64,000 nucleotides of DNA, from contig CAXXTH010000012.1 of NCBI GenBank assembly GCA_963668025.2, forward strand, positions 136,626-200,625, read 5' to 3'. Below the pieces are notes generated by a model that searched no databases, had not been told where the DNA came from, and saw only the letters and a list, made by a program, of their open reading frames with translations. A program made the translations under genes and the position numbers. The DNA is from Candidatus Hydrogenedentota bacterium. Lineage in GTDB: Bacteria > Hydrogenedentota > Hydrogenedentia > Hydrogenedentales > SLHB01. Positions 1 to 9,356 of this stretch are shown piece after piece. How positions within the stretch are numbered: the first letter of the stretch is position 1; the number at the start of each line of letters is the position of its first letter.

Positions 1-1290
1 GGGATAGAACCAGTAGTACAGCCCCTTATTAAAAATACATGAGCCTGTCCCGATGAATCCTTCCCATTGCTCCGTGATGGGCAGCGCCAATTCTTCCTGC
101 TTCCAATGGACCAAATCCTTCGTGGTGGCGTGGGCTACTTGGAGGCCGCCATGGCCGCATTGCCATTTGCTGTGATGATTCCGGCGGACTATCAAATAAA
201 ACAAGTGGAAGACGCCCGTGTTTGAGTCGTAATAGGGTATGCAATCGCCCGCGCGGATATTCAGCCCGGCAGGGCGTCCATATTGGAGGGATTGCTGGGG
301 AGGCCCGAAGATATCGAGTTGGCGCGAGGCCGCATAATCCTGTCCTCCGCTCAGCGCCGTAATTTCCGCATCCGACAGTGCGCGCGTCCACAACGCGGCG
401 TGGTCCATCATGCCTTGAAAACCGGAAACCACGTTCCCTTCTTTTTTACCTGCACCAATGAATAGCGACTCCACGCTTTCCTGAAGCGTTCCGACGGGAA
501 AATCTTCATCCACCATGACGCCATCAATGAATAGCTGCACTTTCCCGCCATTGAAGCGAACAATAATATCGTGCCAGTCCGTCGAGCCGATCAGCCCGGC
601 AGGCGCGATCACCGTCATCTCCCCTTTATGCACTTCATCCCCAATGCACTCGTCGCATATTTTCATTTCCTTATCATAGAAGCTAATGAAATCCTCGTTC
701 GGCTCGACGCCCAGCGTGAATTCGATCATCTGGGAGGAGCTTGAAACTCGGTGGAAACCGTTGGGTTCTTCGAACAGGTAGTAATAGATGGAGGGCACAT
801 TCTGGTTAAAGAAATTGCGCAGATGCATAGGCTTTTCTTTGCCGTTTGTTCCCGCAAGCGAAAGGCTTTGCTTGCCCTCTGGTCCATAGGCGTTGAAGAG
901 TGGCGCATCCCATTTCCCGGATGCGTCCCGCATACGCAAGCATAGGGTCATCGTGTCGCCCGCCAGCAAAAGTGCATTGCTCTGGGGCGCATCAAAACTG
1001 AGATAGCCGCCATCGAAGATGGCCGCTTTTCCGTCGCCGCCACGCGACAGGGAAGCATTCCGTTCAAGCCCGCTCAATTCCACTCCGAGTTGCACATTTC
1101 CATGCACGGCAAGCGGCGGTTTGTCCGCGGACAGGGCTTCGCCGCCCATGTTCCAAACAGCGGACGCGGAATCGAAAACCACTTTCGGTTCAATTGGCGC
1201 TTCGGCTTCGCCGGAGCAGGCTGGTCCGCATACGGATGCCAGCAGTACGGCCGAAAACAGAATGGCTTTGGATGAGGTGAAATGACGCAT
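1..1290 (-). CDS. Secreted LamG/concanavalin-domain + GH32-like five-bladed propeller protein; 3' end runs off the window
   Basis: Not in the ORF track because it has no stop in the window. Hand translation from the ATG at 1290 (SD GAAAGGA upstream) gives a signal peptide MRHFTSSKAILFSAVLLASVCG, LamG motifs WHDIIVRF..VQLFIDG and DHAALWTRALSDAEI, then GH32-like AGDCIPYY..FHLFYL..HATTKDLVHW..GTGS. Confidence 0.8.
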   Translation of the reverse strand, partial: MRHFTSSKAILFSAVLLASVCGPACSGEAEAPIEPKVVFDSASAVWNMGGEALSADKPPLAVHGNVQLGVELSGLERNASLSRGGDGKAAIFDGGYLSFDAPQSNALLLAGDTMTLCLRMRDASGKWDAPLFNAYGPEGKQSLSLAGTNGKEKPMHLRNFFNQNVPSIYYYLFEEPNGFHRVSSSSQMIEFTLGVEPNEDFISFYDKEMKICDECIGDEVHKGEMTVIAPAGLIGSTDWHDIIVRFNGGKVQLFIDGVMVDEDFPVGTLQESVESLFIGAGKKEGNVVSGFQGMMDHAALWTRALSDAEITALSGGQDYAASRQLDIFGPPQQSLQYGRPAGLNIRAGDCIPYYDSNTGVFHLFYLIVRRNHHSKWQCGHGGLQVAHATTKDLVHWKQEELALPITEQWEGFIGTGSCIFNKGLYYWFYP

Positions 1291-1370
1291 ATCGAGTGTT
1301 TCCTTTCTCATAAAGACACACGGGTGGCATGGATATCCTTCGCACATGGAATGAAAACTGCTCACGCAGC

Positions 1371-2321
1371 CTATTTTCGCCGCCGCACGTCTACATAGAC
1401 CGCCGCGAGGATGACGAGGCCTTTCATGATGTATTGCAGGGAAAAATGAACGCCCGCCTGGTTCAGGCCTTTGTCCAGCGTGCCAATGATCAGCGCGCCG
1501 AAAAACGTGCCCGCCATCGTGCCGATGCCGCCAGTAAAACTGGTTCCGCCCACTACGGCAGCGGCAATCGCATTGAGTTCAAATCCGATGCCTGAAGCAG
1601 GTTCCGCCGAATACAGTTGGGAAGAGTGGATGATGCCCGCGACACCCGTCAACGCGGCGCAAAGCACATAGACCAGAATCTCCCGCTGCGCGACGGGTAT
1701 GCCCGTGAACCGGGCCGCCACGCGGTTTCCGCCAATGGCATAGAGATGCTGGCCGAATCGCGTCCGGTGCAGCAATATCGCACATACCAGCAGAAGGGCC
1801 AGCATGATCACTACCGGGATAGGAATGATGCCGAAAAGCCGCCCGTTGCCCAGCTCGAGAAAAAACGTCTCGTGGCTGGGGACATGCATCGGCTTGCCTT
1901 CGTTGTAGCGCAGCGCCATGCCCCGTGCGACCATCATCGTACCAAGCGTGACAATGAACGGGGGCATCTTGGTCAGGGCGGCGCATAGCCCATTGAATAG
2001 GCCAAATAGGCTCGCTACGCCCAGCCCCGCGCCAAGGGCCAGCACGATTCGGACCACGCTCTGGGATTCCGGCTCGCCATATCCGAGGACAAATACCACC
2101 GTGGTGCCCACCAAGGCCAGCACGGCCCCGACGGAGAGATCAATCCCGCCGATGAGAATGGCGAGCGTCATGCCATAGGCGATAATCGCATTCACCGATA
2201 CTTGCTGCACCAAATCCAGCATATTGTCTGAAGTTAAAAAGACCGGTATAAAATAGCGGAAGATGATCAGCAGGGCTACCCATGCGCCAATCAATGGAAT
2301 AAAACGTTTTGCTGCATTCAT
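1371..2321 (-). CDS. Monosaccharide ABC transporter permease (RbsC-like)
   Basis: Hydrophobic protein with GGIDLSVG, PPFIVTLG, YAIGGN and AAAVVGGTSF.GG.G motifs; overlaps the ATPase stop. Confidence 0.93.
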   Translation of the reverse strand: MNAAKRFIPLIGAWVALLIIFRYFIPVFLTSDNMLDLVQQVSVNAIIAYGMTLAILIGGIDLSVGAVLALVGTTVVFVLGYGEPESQSVVRIVLALGAGLGVASLFGLFNGLCAALTKMPPFIVTLGTMMVARGMALRYNEGKPMHVPSHETFFLELGNGRLFGIIPIPVVIMLALLLVCAILLHRTRFGQHLYAIGGNRVAARFTGIPVAQREILVYVLCAALTGVAGIIHSSQLYSAEPASGIGFELNAIAAAVVGGTSFTGGIGTMAGTFFGALIIGTLDKGLNQAGVHFSLQYIMKGLVILAAVYVDVRRRK

Positions 2322-3844
2322 ATTTGACCTACTCCTGTAAGCAGACCCATCACATCCTCCATGTTTGCTTCCTCGGCGGCCATTTCTTTCACGACCGCGC
2401 CGTCCCGGTAAACCGCGACACGGTGCGACATGCTCAACACTTCGGCCAGATCGGAAGAAATGAGAATCACCGCCATCCCCTCCTCGACCAATCCCGCGAT
2501 GACTTGGAACATATCCTCGCGCGCGCCTACGTCGACGCCCCGCGTCGGCTCATCCAAAATCAACACTTTTGGGCGGCGCTCCATCCAGCGGGACACCAGC
2601 ACTTTTTGCTGATTCCCTCCCGATAGGCTGTCCACTGGCTGGGAATCCGGATTCGAGACTTTGATCACGCAGCTTGTAATCGCCCTATCGATAATGCCGC
2701 TACGGTGTTTCCGGTTGAACCTGGCCGCATGAATCCAGTCTTTCAGCCACGGTAAGGCGATATTGAATCCAACACTTTGCATCATCACCAGGCCTTCGCC
2801 TTGGCGATCTTCGGGGATCAAGATAATCCCCGCCTTCACTGCGTCTCCCGGCGAGTGGATCTCGACGCGCTCCCCATCCAGCCGTATCTCCCCTTCGCTG
2901 AACCGATCCACGCCGAAGATGGCGCGCATCAGTTCGCTGCGCCCCGAGCCGACCAGCCCGGCAATACCAAGAATCTCGCCGTAGCGCACTTGTAGTGATA
3001 CGCCCCGCACACGTTCATTGCGCAAACCGCGCACCTCAAGCGCCCGTTTTCCCGGCTTGTGGGCGGGGCGGTGAAAATAGTCCGTGATATCGCGCCCCAC
3101 CAGCCAGTGGACGAGTTCCCGCTTGTTGACCTGCGTGGCCTGCTGCGTGCCGATGGTGCTGCCATCGCGGAGCACCGTGATACGATCCGCTAATCGCAAA
3201 ACTTCTTCCAAGCGGTGCGAGATGTAGATAATGCCCACCCCTTGTTTCCGCAGCCGGTCCAGCGTCACGAATAGGGCTTCCGTTTCCGCGCCGGAGAGCG
3301 AAGAAGTCGGTTCGTCAAGAATCAGTACGCGCGCTTCGGATGACAATGCCCTGGCGATCTCGACTAACTGCCGCTGCGCGATGCTCAGGGTGGAAACCTG
3401 AAGATGCACTGCGGCGATTTCCTCGAGTCCAAGGCGTTTCACCAAGGTGCGGGCGTCCTCATTCATCTGCCGGCGGTTGAGTAAACCGAAGCGCTTCGGC
3501 TCCCGGCCAAGATAAATATTCTCGGCTACGGTGAGATTGGGCGCGAGCGACAATTCTTGATGAATCACCCGTATCCCATAGCGCTCCGCATCCGCGACCT
3601 GGTGTATGTCCACCGGATTTCCATCCATGAACACCGCGCCTTCGTCGGCCCGATGGACGCCCGCAAGCACCTTAATCAGCGTGGATTTGCCGGCCCCGTT
3701 TTCACCGAGCAAGGCATGCACTTCGCCCGCGTGGAGTTCAAAATCCACACCGTTGAGGGCCGTTACGCCGCTAAATCGTTTGGTGATGGCATGCAGGCGC
3801 AGCAATGGCGCTTTCATTTCCTTGGCTTGCATGGCGGCGCTCAT
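2318..3844 (-). CDS. Monosaccharide ABC transporter ATPase with two ABC domains (RbsA-like)
   Basis: GENGAGKST, LILDEPT and LSGGNQQK motifs. Start placed at ATG 3844, which overlaps the upstream TGA (ATGA). Confidence 0.95.
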   Translation of the reverse strand: MSAAMQAKEMKAPLLRLHAITKRFSGVTALNGVDFELHAGEVHALLGENGAGKSTLIKVLAGVHRADEGAVFMDGNPVDIHQVADAERYGIRVIHQELSLAPNLTVAENIYLGREPKRFGLLNRRQMNEDARTLVKRLGLEEIAAVHLQVSTLSIAQRQLVEIARALSSEARVLILDEPTSSLSGAETEALFVTLDRLRKQGVGIIYISHRLEEVLRLADRITVLRDGSTIGTQQATQVNKRELVHWLVGRDITDYFHRPAHKPGKRALEVRGLRNERVRGVSLQVRYGEILGIAGLVGSGRSELMRAIFGVDRFSEGEIRLDGERVEIHSPGDAVKAGIILIPEDRQGEGLVMMQSVGFNIALPWLKDWIHAARFNRKHRSGIIDRAITSCVIKVSNPDSQPVDSLSGGNQQKVLVSRWMERRPKVLILDEPTRGVDVGAREDMFQVIAGLVEEGMAVILISSDLAEVLSMSHRVAVYRDGAVVKEMAAEEANMEDVMGLLTGVGQI

Positions 3845-4824
3845 TTGCCGCTCTTCTGTAAGAATGCATCCACATTCTCTTTGGTGATCAATTCGACCGG
3901 GATCTTGATGTCCTTCTCGACGGGCTTGCCCGCGAGATGGGCATAAACGCATTCCGCCGCCACCCGGCCGATCTCACGCGGGAATTGCGCGGAAGTGGAT
4001 AGAAGCTTGCCTTCCTTGATGGCTGCGGCCCCTTCGGTGGAACCGTCCACCGTCACCACGGTAACCTGGCCGAGTTTTCCGGAGGACTCGATGGCCGAGA
4101 TAGCGCCTAGAGCGCTGGGATCGTTAATCGGAAACGCCGCATCCAATTCCGGGAACCGCCCGAGCAGATCACGCATCACTGGGCGCGCGCCTTCGGTCGT
4201 TCCTTTGCCTTCCTGTGTGTCCAAGATTTTCATATCGGGATGCTTGGCTAGTTCCTCCGTGAATCCCGCTACGCGGTCAATACACGCCTTGTTCACGGAA
4301 AGGTGTAAAATCACGATCTTGGCGTTTGGTTTCACTTTGGCCAAGGCCTGCGCCGCAAGGCGTCCCGCTTCCACGTTATCGGAAGCCACCTGGCACAAGA
4401 TAAGGTCAGGCTCACTCACCGGCGCATCCACCACCACGATAGGGATGTTTTTCTTTTGGGCCTCGAGCAAGCTGCCTTTCACGCCTTCCCAATTGACAGG
4501 GTTGAGGAAAATGGCGGATGCCCCTCTCAAGATCAGATCGGACACATCATTCTTCTGTTTAAGGCTGTTCCATTGGGCGTCCAGGGTCATTAATCTATCG
4601 CCATGGCTCTCGACGACTTGCTTGAGGCCTTCATTCAAATCCACAAAAAACGGATTGTTCATCGTTTGAAAGGAAACCCCGAAGAGAAGCCCTTTGGCGC
4701 CAGCATCCCCGCCGCCCGTATCGCCAGGCGTGCATCCCCATAACGCGGCGATGCCACATGCCGTAAAAAGCCCCAACAGGATTCCGATTCGACTCACGTT
4801 TTTCTTCCGCCACATCGTTATCAC
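3841..4824 (-). CDS. Sugar ABC substrate-binding lipoprotein (RbsB-like)
   Basis: Lipobox-like ALWGC; NNPFF, VASDN..AG, ND.SALGA and VDG motifs. Confidence 0.92.
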   Translation of the reverse strand: MITMWRKKNVSRIGILLGLFTACGIAALWGCTPGDTGGGDAGAKGLLFGVSFQTMNNPFFVDLNEGLKQVVESHGDRLMTLDAQWNSLKQKNDVSDLILRGASAIFLNPVNWEGVKGSLLEAQKKNIPIVVVDAPVSEPDLILCQVASDNVEAGRLAAQALAKVKPNAKIVILHLSVNKACIDRVAGFTEELAKHPDMKILDTQEGKGTTEGARPVMRDLLGRFPELDAAFPINDPSALGAISAIESSGKLGQVTVVTVDGSTEGAAAIKEGKLLSTSAQFPREIGRVAAECVYAHLAGKPVEKDIKIPVELITKENVDAFLQKSGK

Positions 4825-6926
4825 TCCAATGATTTGAGCCCGCTCACCGCGAAACCACGGATGGCAATCTCCGCGCCTTCGCTTTCCATGGATAATCCTT
4901 CATCCGCATAATCATATGCGCGCATCGTGAAACAGTATTGATTGTTGATGAAGCATTCGATGACGGTTCCGATTACAAACACGCGCACATCCACCGGCTG
5001 CGCTGCGTCGAAATCGCAAACACGCTTGTAGCTGCGATAGTTATCGCCTAATACAATCTCTTTGCTGTCAAAATCAATCGCTAACCGATAGCCGCTGGAA
5101 CGCTCCTCGTCCGGCTGGCGCAGATGGAACACCGCCTTTGCTTGGGAGGTTTTGCTGGCAAGGGTAGTGTGGAGCATATAATCGCGGGGAACGGAAAGGC
5201 GTTCTAGAGGGATTCCATCATCAGGCAGAGCAAGGACCGGGCGGTTATATGCTTCCATAACCTCCCGCGCGGGGCGCTGGCATAAACGCCCTTGGGCATC
5301 AGCATATAGCTCTCGCGCCATGCTCATCACACCGCCCCATACCCCCTTCCCTGAATCACGATTGCCTTCGCGATCGCCAATCCAGCCTAAAAGAATGCGG
5401 CGCTTTCCATCACTCGTAGACTTTGGCACGAAGAGTTCACCGCAGTCAAACGGCTGCATGGTGGATTGATAGGGACCTCCTGGCGCATCCGCCCACGTGT
5501 AATGGTGATCCGCGGCGATGATATGCCATTTGCCCTGCTCGAAAAACATCTGCGGGCAATCGCCAGAAAACTCTTTGGGATATACGTAGAGCGGCTCGCA
5601 CGGCTTCCATTGGAGCAAGTCATCCGATACATACCGGGCGAACACCGGCATCGAACCGTCAGCCTTCACAGCGTGCAACAGCATCCACCACCGCGACTCC
5701 GCTTCATTCCAAATGACATCCGGATCACGAAACGCCTGGTGGTGATATATCTGCTTATCATCAATCGGGCCATTCACCGACTTGCTCCAGTAGATGGTTC
5801 CATCCGCATAGAACGTATCTTCAGGGCGCTTGGCCCATACGATAAGGTCGGTGCTCGTAGCCTGCATGACCTTTTGGTCGCCTTTTGGATCCAGGCTGTT
5901 TTTGCCGGTATAGAACAGATGAAAGACGCCGTTTTTCTCGACGATGCTGCCCGTCCAGCAATTCTCCGCATCTGGCGCGCCGTCCGGGCCTTTTTCAAGC
6001 GCATCCGGCAGCTCTTCCCATCGCACGAGGTCTTGGCTGGTGAGATGCCCCCAGCCAGCGCCTTTTAGGTAGAAGACATGATAAACGCCTTTCCAATAAA
6101 ACGGGATGATATCGCCCACCACGCCGGAATCGGGCCGGAAATGAAGGGTCTTGTCGAACCGCATTTGAACAGGCGTTATCATGTAATCATCCTTTCCATC
6201 GAGCAGCAGCTTTCCATCTTCCACACGAGCGCCGCCGTGCAACACACCATCTGGAAAAACACCCATGGCGTCTGTTGTCGAGCCATCCTGAAAAGTCCAC
6301 ATGCCTAGAGGCGCTGGCTCGGAAGGCGCATCCATGCGAAGCGACCGCAACACCTCTTCAGATAAGGATGTGCTATAGATGCGCGCTTCATGGATGGCTC
6401 CCGCGAAAAAGGCATTGCCTCCCATTCCGCCAGCCGCCTTATGCCGAAGGCCAAACAAAATGTTGCTCGAACCGCCAAACTCCGCCGGAGCGGCGATAGG
6501 ATAAGCAGCGTACAGTTGCCCATTTCTATAGAGCCTTACCTGGCCGCCTTGATACACGGCGGCGATTTGCACGAGCTCTTCCGGCCCCGCCTGTTCCAGC
6601 GCCCAATTGGATTGATCCATCTGGGAGCGCTTGTACAACTCACTTCCAGCCATCCATTTGCCTGGCGCAATCTCGCCGAACACGATGCCGTCAAACTGGC
6701 TTTCCCCTTCGATGCACAGCGTTCCCCCGCTTTGTTGGTCTAAGTTTGACAGGGAGCACCACACCACCAGCGTCTTATCATTGAGTGTAGAAAATGAAGG
6801 CGTTTGCGCAAACAACGGAACAGAAGCGGCTGCCTGGCTTTCCACCATTATCGCGCCGAGGAGGAACGCCAATAGAAACATCACCTTGCTTGCCAAACCG
6901 CTCCTCCTCGCGCATCCATGCCGCAT
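4821..6926 (-). CDS. Secreted LamG + GH32-like glycoside hydrolase
   Basis: Signal peptide and LamG domain, then GDIIPFY, S.DLVRW, WTGS, FRDP and DCP motifs, and a GH32 C-terminal sandwich (VIECFIN). Confidence 0.82.
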   Translation of the reverse strand: MRHGCARRSGLASKVMFLLAFLLGAIMVESQAAASVPLFAQTPSFSTLNDKTLVVWCSLSNLDQQSGGTLCIEGESQFDGIVFGEIAPGKWMAGSELYKRSQMDQSNWALEQAGPEELVQIAAVYQGGQVRLYRNGQLYAAYPIAAPAEFGGSSNILFGLRHKAAGGMGGNAFFAGAIHEARIYSTSLSEEVLRSLRMDAPSEPAPLGMWTFQDGSTTDAMGVFPDGVLHGGARVEDGKLLLDGKDDYMITPVQMRFDKTLHFRPDSGVVGDIIPFYWKGVYHVFYLKGAGWGHLTSQDLVRWEELPDALEKGPDGAPDAENCWTGSIVEKNGVFHLFYTGKNSLDPKGDQKVMQATSTDLIVWAKRPEDTFYADGTIYWSKSVNGPIDDKQIYHHQAFRDPDVIWNEAESRWWMLLHAVKADGSMPVFARYVSDDLLQWKPCEPLYVYPKEFSGDCPQMFFEQGKWHIIAADHHYTWADAPGGPYQSTMQPFDCGELFVPKSTSDGKRRILLGWIGDREGNRDSGKGVWGGVMSMARELYADAQGRLCQRPAREVMEAYNRPVLALPDDGIPLERLSVPRDYMLHTTLASKTSQAKAVFHLRQPDEERSSGYRLAIDFDSKEIVLGDNYRSYKRVCDFDAAQPVDVRVFVIGTVIECFINNQYCFTMRAYDYADEGLSMESEGAEIAIRGFAVSGLKSLE

Positions 6927-6935
6927 GCTTATTCT

Positions 6936-7943
6936 CTATCCTTGCCCATTAAAACCGGCGTGATCAAAATACTGCGCCTGATGATTGTACGGGAAATCCT
7001 CGTCCTGTTCGCTTTCTTGTTTGTATTTCTTGAATTCGACATGGCCGTCCATATACAGGATATTGCCGCCGCCTGGCACATGGTTGAATGAAAGCGAGTT
7101 ATACATCCGCCGCCCGGTGTCAGACCAGCCGACTCCAGCCACACTATCCCACATGATAGGAATGGCCGATTGCCCTTTCGCGGCGCTGGCTGGATTGTTG
7201 ATGTCCGTAATGAAAAAACGCTCGATCCCTTCCCGAAGCCTCGTGAGAGTTGTATTTGTCATCCCATCGCTTCCCGTCCACCCGGTCATATAACCAAGGG
7301 ATTTGTTTGGATTCGATACGGACTCGAAATCGGTATCCGGAGACGGATAGACCGGCACGGAGCCAGGCGTTTCGCACACAGTGTCCGTGACATCGATATA
7401 GCTATCCGCAAGTTTCGCGTATTTGGTGGCGTACCAGGACTCGCAGCCGCTGTGCATGGCCCCGATGCTCCAGTATGTATTCACCAAATAACCAATGTAA
7501 ATATAAGAGCGTGAGGGCGTCAGCAGATAATAGAGGCACGCCTTCTCCGCTTCCCCGCCTGAACTCGCCTCCGCGCCAGCTTTCGCCACCAACTCCGCAG
7601 GCTCCCCACTCGGCAAGAGCAATTGCGTGCTGGTGTCCATGGCGTGGGAATCCGAGGGACATAGGGCAATGGCGTAATCATTCCAATAATCCGGGTAAAT
7701 GTCGCGTGGTTCGGGCGTATACCACCGGATGACATTGGACTGCCGGGGGTATTTCGCGCCTTTCGTCTCGCCCGCATACATTTTATAAACCAGCCCCCAC
7801 TGTTTCAGGTTGCTGGCGCATGAAGCACGGCGGGCGGCTTCTCTTGCCCGCGCTAGCGCAGGCAAGAGGATAGCTGCCAGGATAGCGATAATCGCGATGA
7901 CGACCAGCAGCTCGATTAATGTAAAACCCTGTTTATTCTTCAT
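6936..7943 (-). CDS. DUF1559 prepilin-type N-terminal methylation protein with H-X9-DG C-terminal motif
   Basis: KQG|[33 protein letters not shown] and [17 protein letters not shown]; GGAGGA SD before ATG 7943. Confidence 0.9.
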   Translation of the reverse strand: MKNKQGFTLIELLVVIAIIAILAAILLPALARAREAARRASCASNLKQWGLVYKMYAGETKGAKYPRQSNVIRWYTPEPRDIYPDYWNDYAIALCPSDSHAMDTSTQLLLPSGEPAELVAKAGAEASSGGEAEKACLYYLLTPSRSYIYIGYLVNTYWSIGAMHSGCESWYATKYAKLADSYIDVTDTVCETPGSVPVYPSPDTDFESVSNPNKSLGYMTGWTGSDGMTNTTLTRLREGIERFFITDINNPASAAKGQSAIPIMWDSVAGVGWSDTGRRMYNSLSFNHVPGGGNILYMDGHVEFKKYKQESEQDEDFPYNHQAQYFDHAGFNGQG

Positions 7944-8018
7944 TGCACTGTCCTCCAATTCCGTATGATTCCAGGTGCGAGGCAGATACCGCCCCACACA
8001 CCAAGTCACGATATATCA

Positions 8019-9104
8019 TCAGCCAGCACCGCCGAAAGTCGGCATATAGTTAGGTAAATTCCTACCGAAGGCCGTTGTAACGATATCATCGCCATCCGTT
8101 ACAGGCGGCTTCGAGGGATAGCGCAGAAACTCCACATGGCCATCCATATAGAGGACATTCGAGCCGCCGGGCACATGATTGAAACGAGTGATCGTTTGCA
8201 TGGTGTCATTGCCGGTCTGTGCGTAGCTGGTATTATTGTTGCCCCAGCCATCCCACATGATAATAATCGAGCTTTGCCCCAGCGCGCCGGAGGCTGGATT
8301 GTTGATGTCCGTTATGAAGAAGCGTTCGACGCCTTCCTTCAAGCGATAATACGAAGAGGGCAGTTTGGTTCCGTCATCATCGGTCATAGCGCCGCGCCAG
8401 CTCAAGGTGGCCGCATCATCGATATCCATCGCCCGCATGCCCGGCCAATGGTAAATATGCTTGACATCACTGGGGCCGCCCAGCGCTTGAATGGCTTTTG
8501 AATCCAGCGCCACCCAATGCGCGGCGGTGCCGCTCCATTTCATATGCCCGATATGAAGCGCATCCATTAACTGGGAAGCAGTTCTACACGCCCAAGGCAA
8601 ATAAATATACGAAGTCGGATTCGATAGGATGGTATTGCGGAGCGCATCCACCTTCCACGTTCCATCGTCCACAAGATTATCAAGCTGTTCCTTGATATCG
8701 TCCTCCGTGATCACATTGGTGTTATAATAGTTTCGATCACGGGCATCCGATGGGCAGATTAAAAGGTTCACATCATTCCAGTATTCCGGATAGATTGCTC
8801 CATCGCCCGGGTATGACTCCACGCCTGAAGAGAAAATTTTAGAGTCAATGTTCCCAAGAGCGTTCAGGCCGCTCAACAGAGGAGACTCCGAGACCCATTG
8901 GGAGCCGCCAGGATAATACCCCTTATTTTCACCCGAGAACATGGTGAAAATAATACCCCATTGCTTCAGATTACTCGAACATGAAGCGCGGCGGGCCGCT
9001 TCCCGCGCCCGCGCCAAGGCAGGCAGCAAAATGGCCGCCAATATGGCGATAATAGCGATAACAACGAGCAGTTCAATCAAAGTGAAGCCTAATCTCTTTT
9101 TCAT
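8019..9104 (-). CDS. DUF1559 prepilin-type protein
   Basis: RLG|FTLIELL..., CPSD and [17 protein letters not shown]; start MKKRLG at 9104. Confidence 0.9.
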   Translation of the reverse strand: MKKRLGFTLIELLVVIAIIAILAAILLPALARAREAARRASCSSNLKQWGIIFTMFSGENKGYYPGGSQWVSESPLLSGLNALGNIDSKIFSSGVESYPGDGAIYPEYWNDVNLLICPSDARDRNYYNTNVITEDDIKEQLDNLVDDGTWKVDALRNTILSNPTSYIYLPWACRTASQLMDALHIGHMKWSGTAAHWVALDSKAIQALGGPSDVKHIYHWPGMRAMDIDDAATLSWRGAMTDDDGTKLPSSYYRLKEGVERFFITDINNPASGALGQSSIIIMWDGWGNNNTSYAQTGNDTMQTITRFNHVPGGSNVLYMDGHVEFLRYPSKPPVTDGDDIVTTAFGRNLPNYMPTFGGAG

Positions 9105-9260
9105 TGCTGGGTTCCTTCCAAACTGTATGAGTATATAGTCCAACGATTTTTATAGACGGCATTGAAGCTTGGGCCCAACTTCAAGTTACCTGTACCTGGC
9201 TGGCGTCAAAGGAGATCCAATCGAATCCCCATGGCCTTCAACTGTATGCATCGCCTTCAT

Positions 9261-9323
9261 CGCCATTCCCGCGAAAGCGGGAAACTAAAACACGTTCCTG
9301 GCTACCCGCTTCCGGAGGATTGC
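9261..9323. repeat. Degenerate copy of the ATTCCCGCGAAAGCGGGAA palindromic element
   Basis: CATTCCCGCGAAAGCGGGAA followed by a decayed right arm CTGGCTACCCGCTTCCGGAGGAT. Confidence 0.7.
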
Positions 9324-9356
9324 AATAAATCCTATACAACTATACATCTGCTTAAT

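Noticed and set aside
29-1285. Short ORFs listed in the track at the left end
   Set aside because: They are explained by the real minus-strand gene starting at 1290 that runs off the window.
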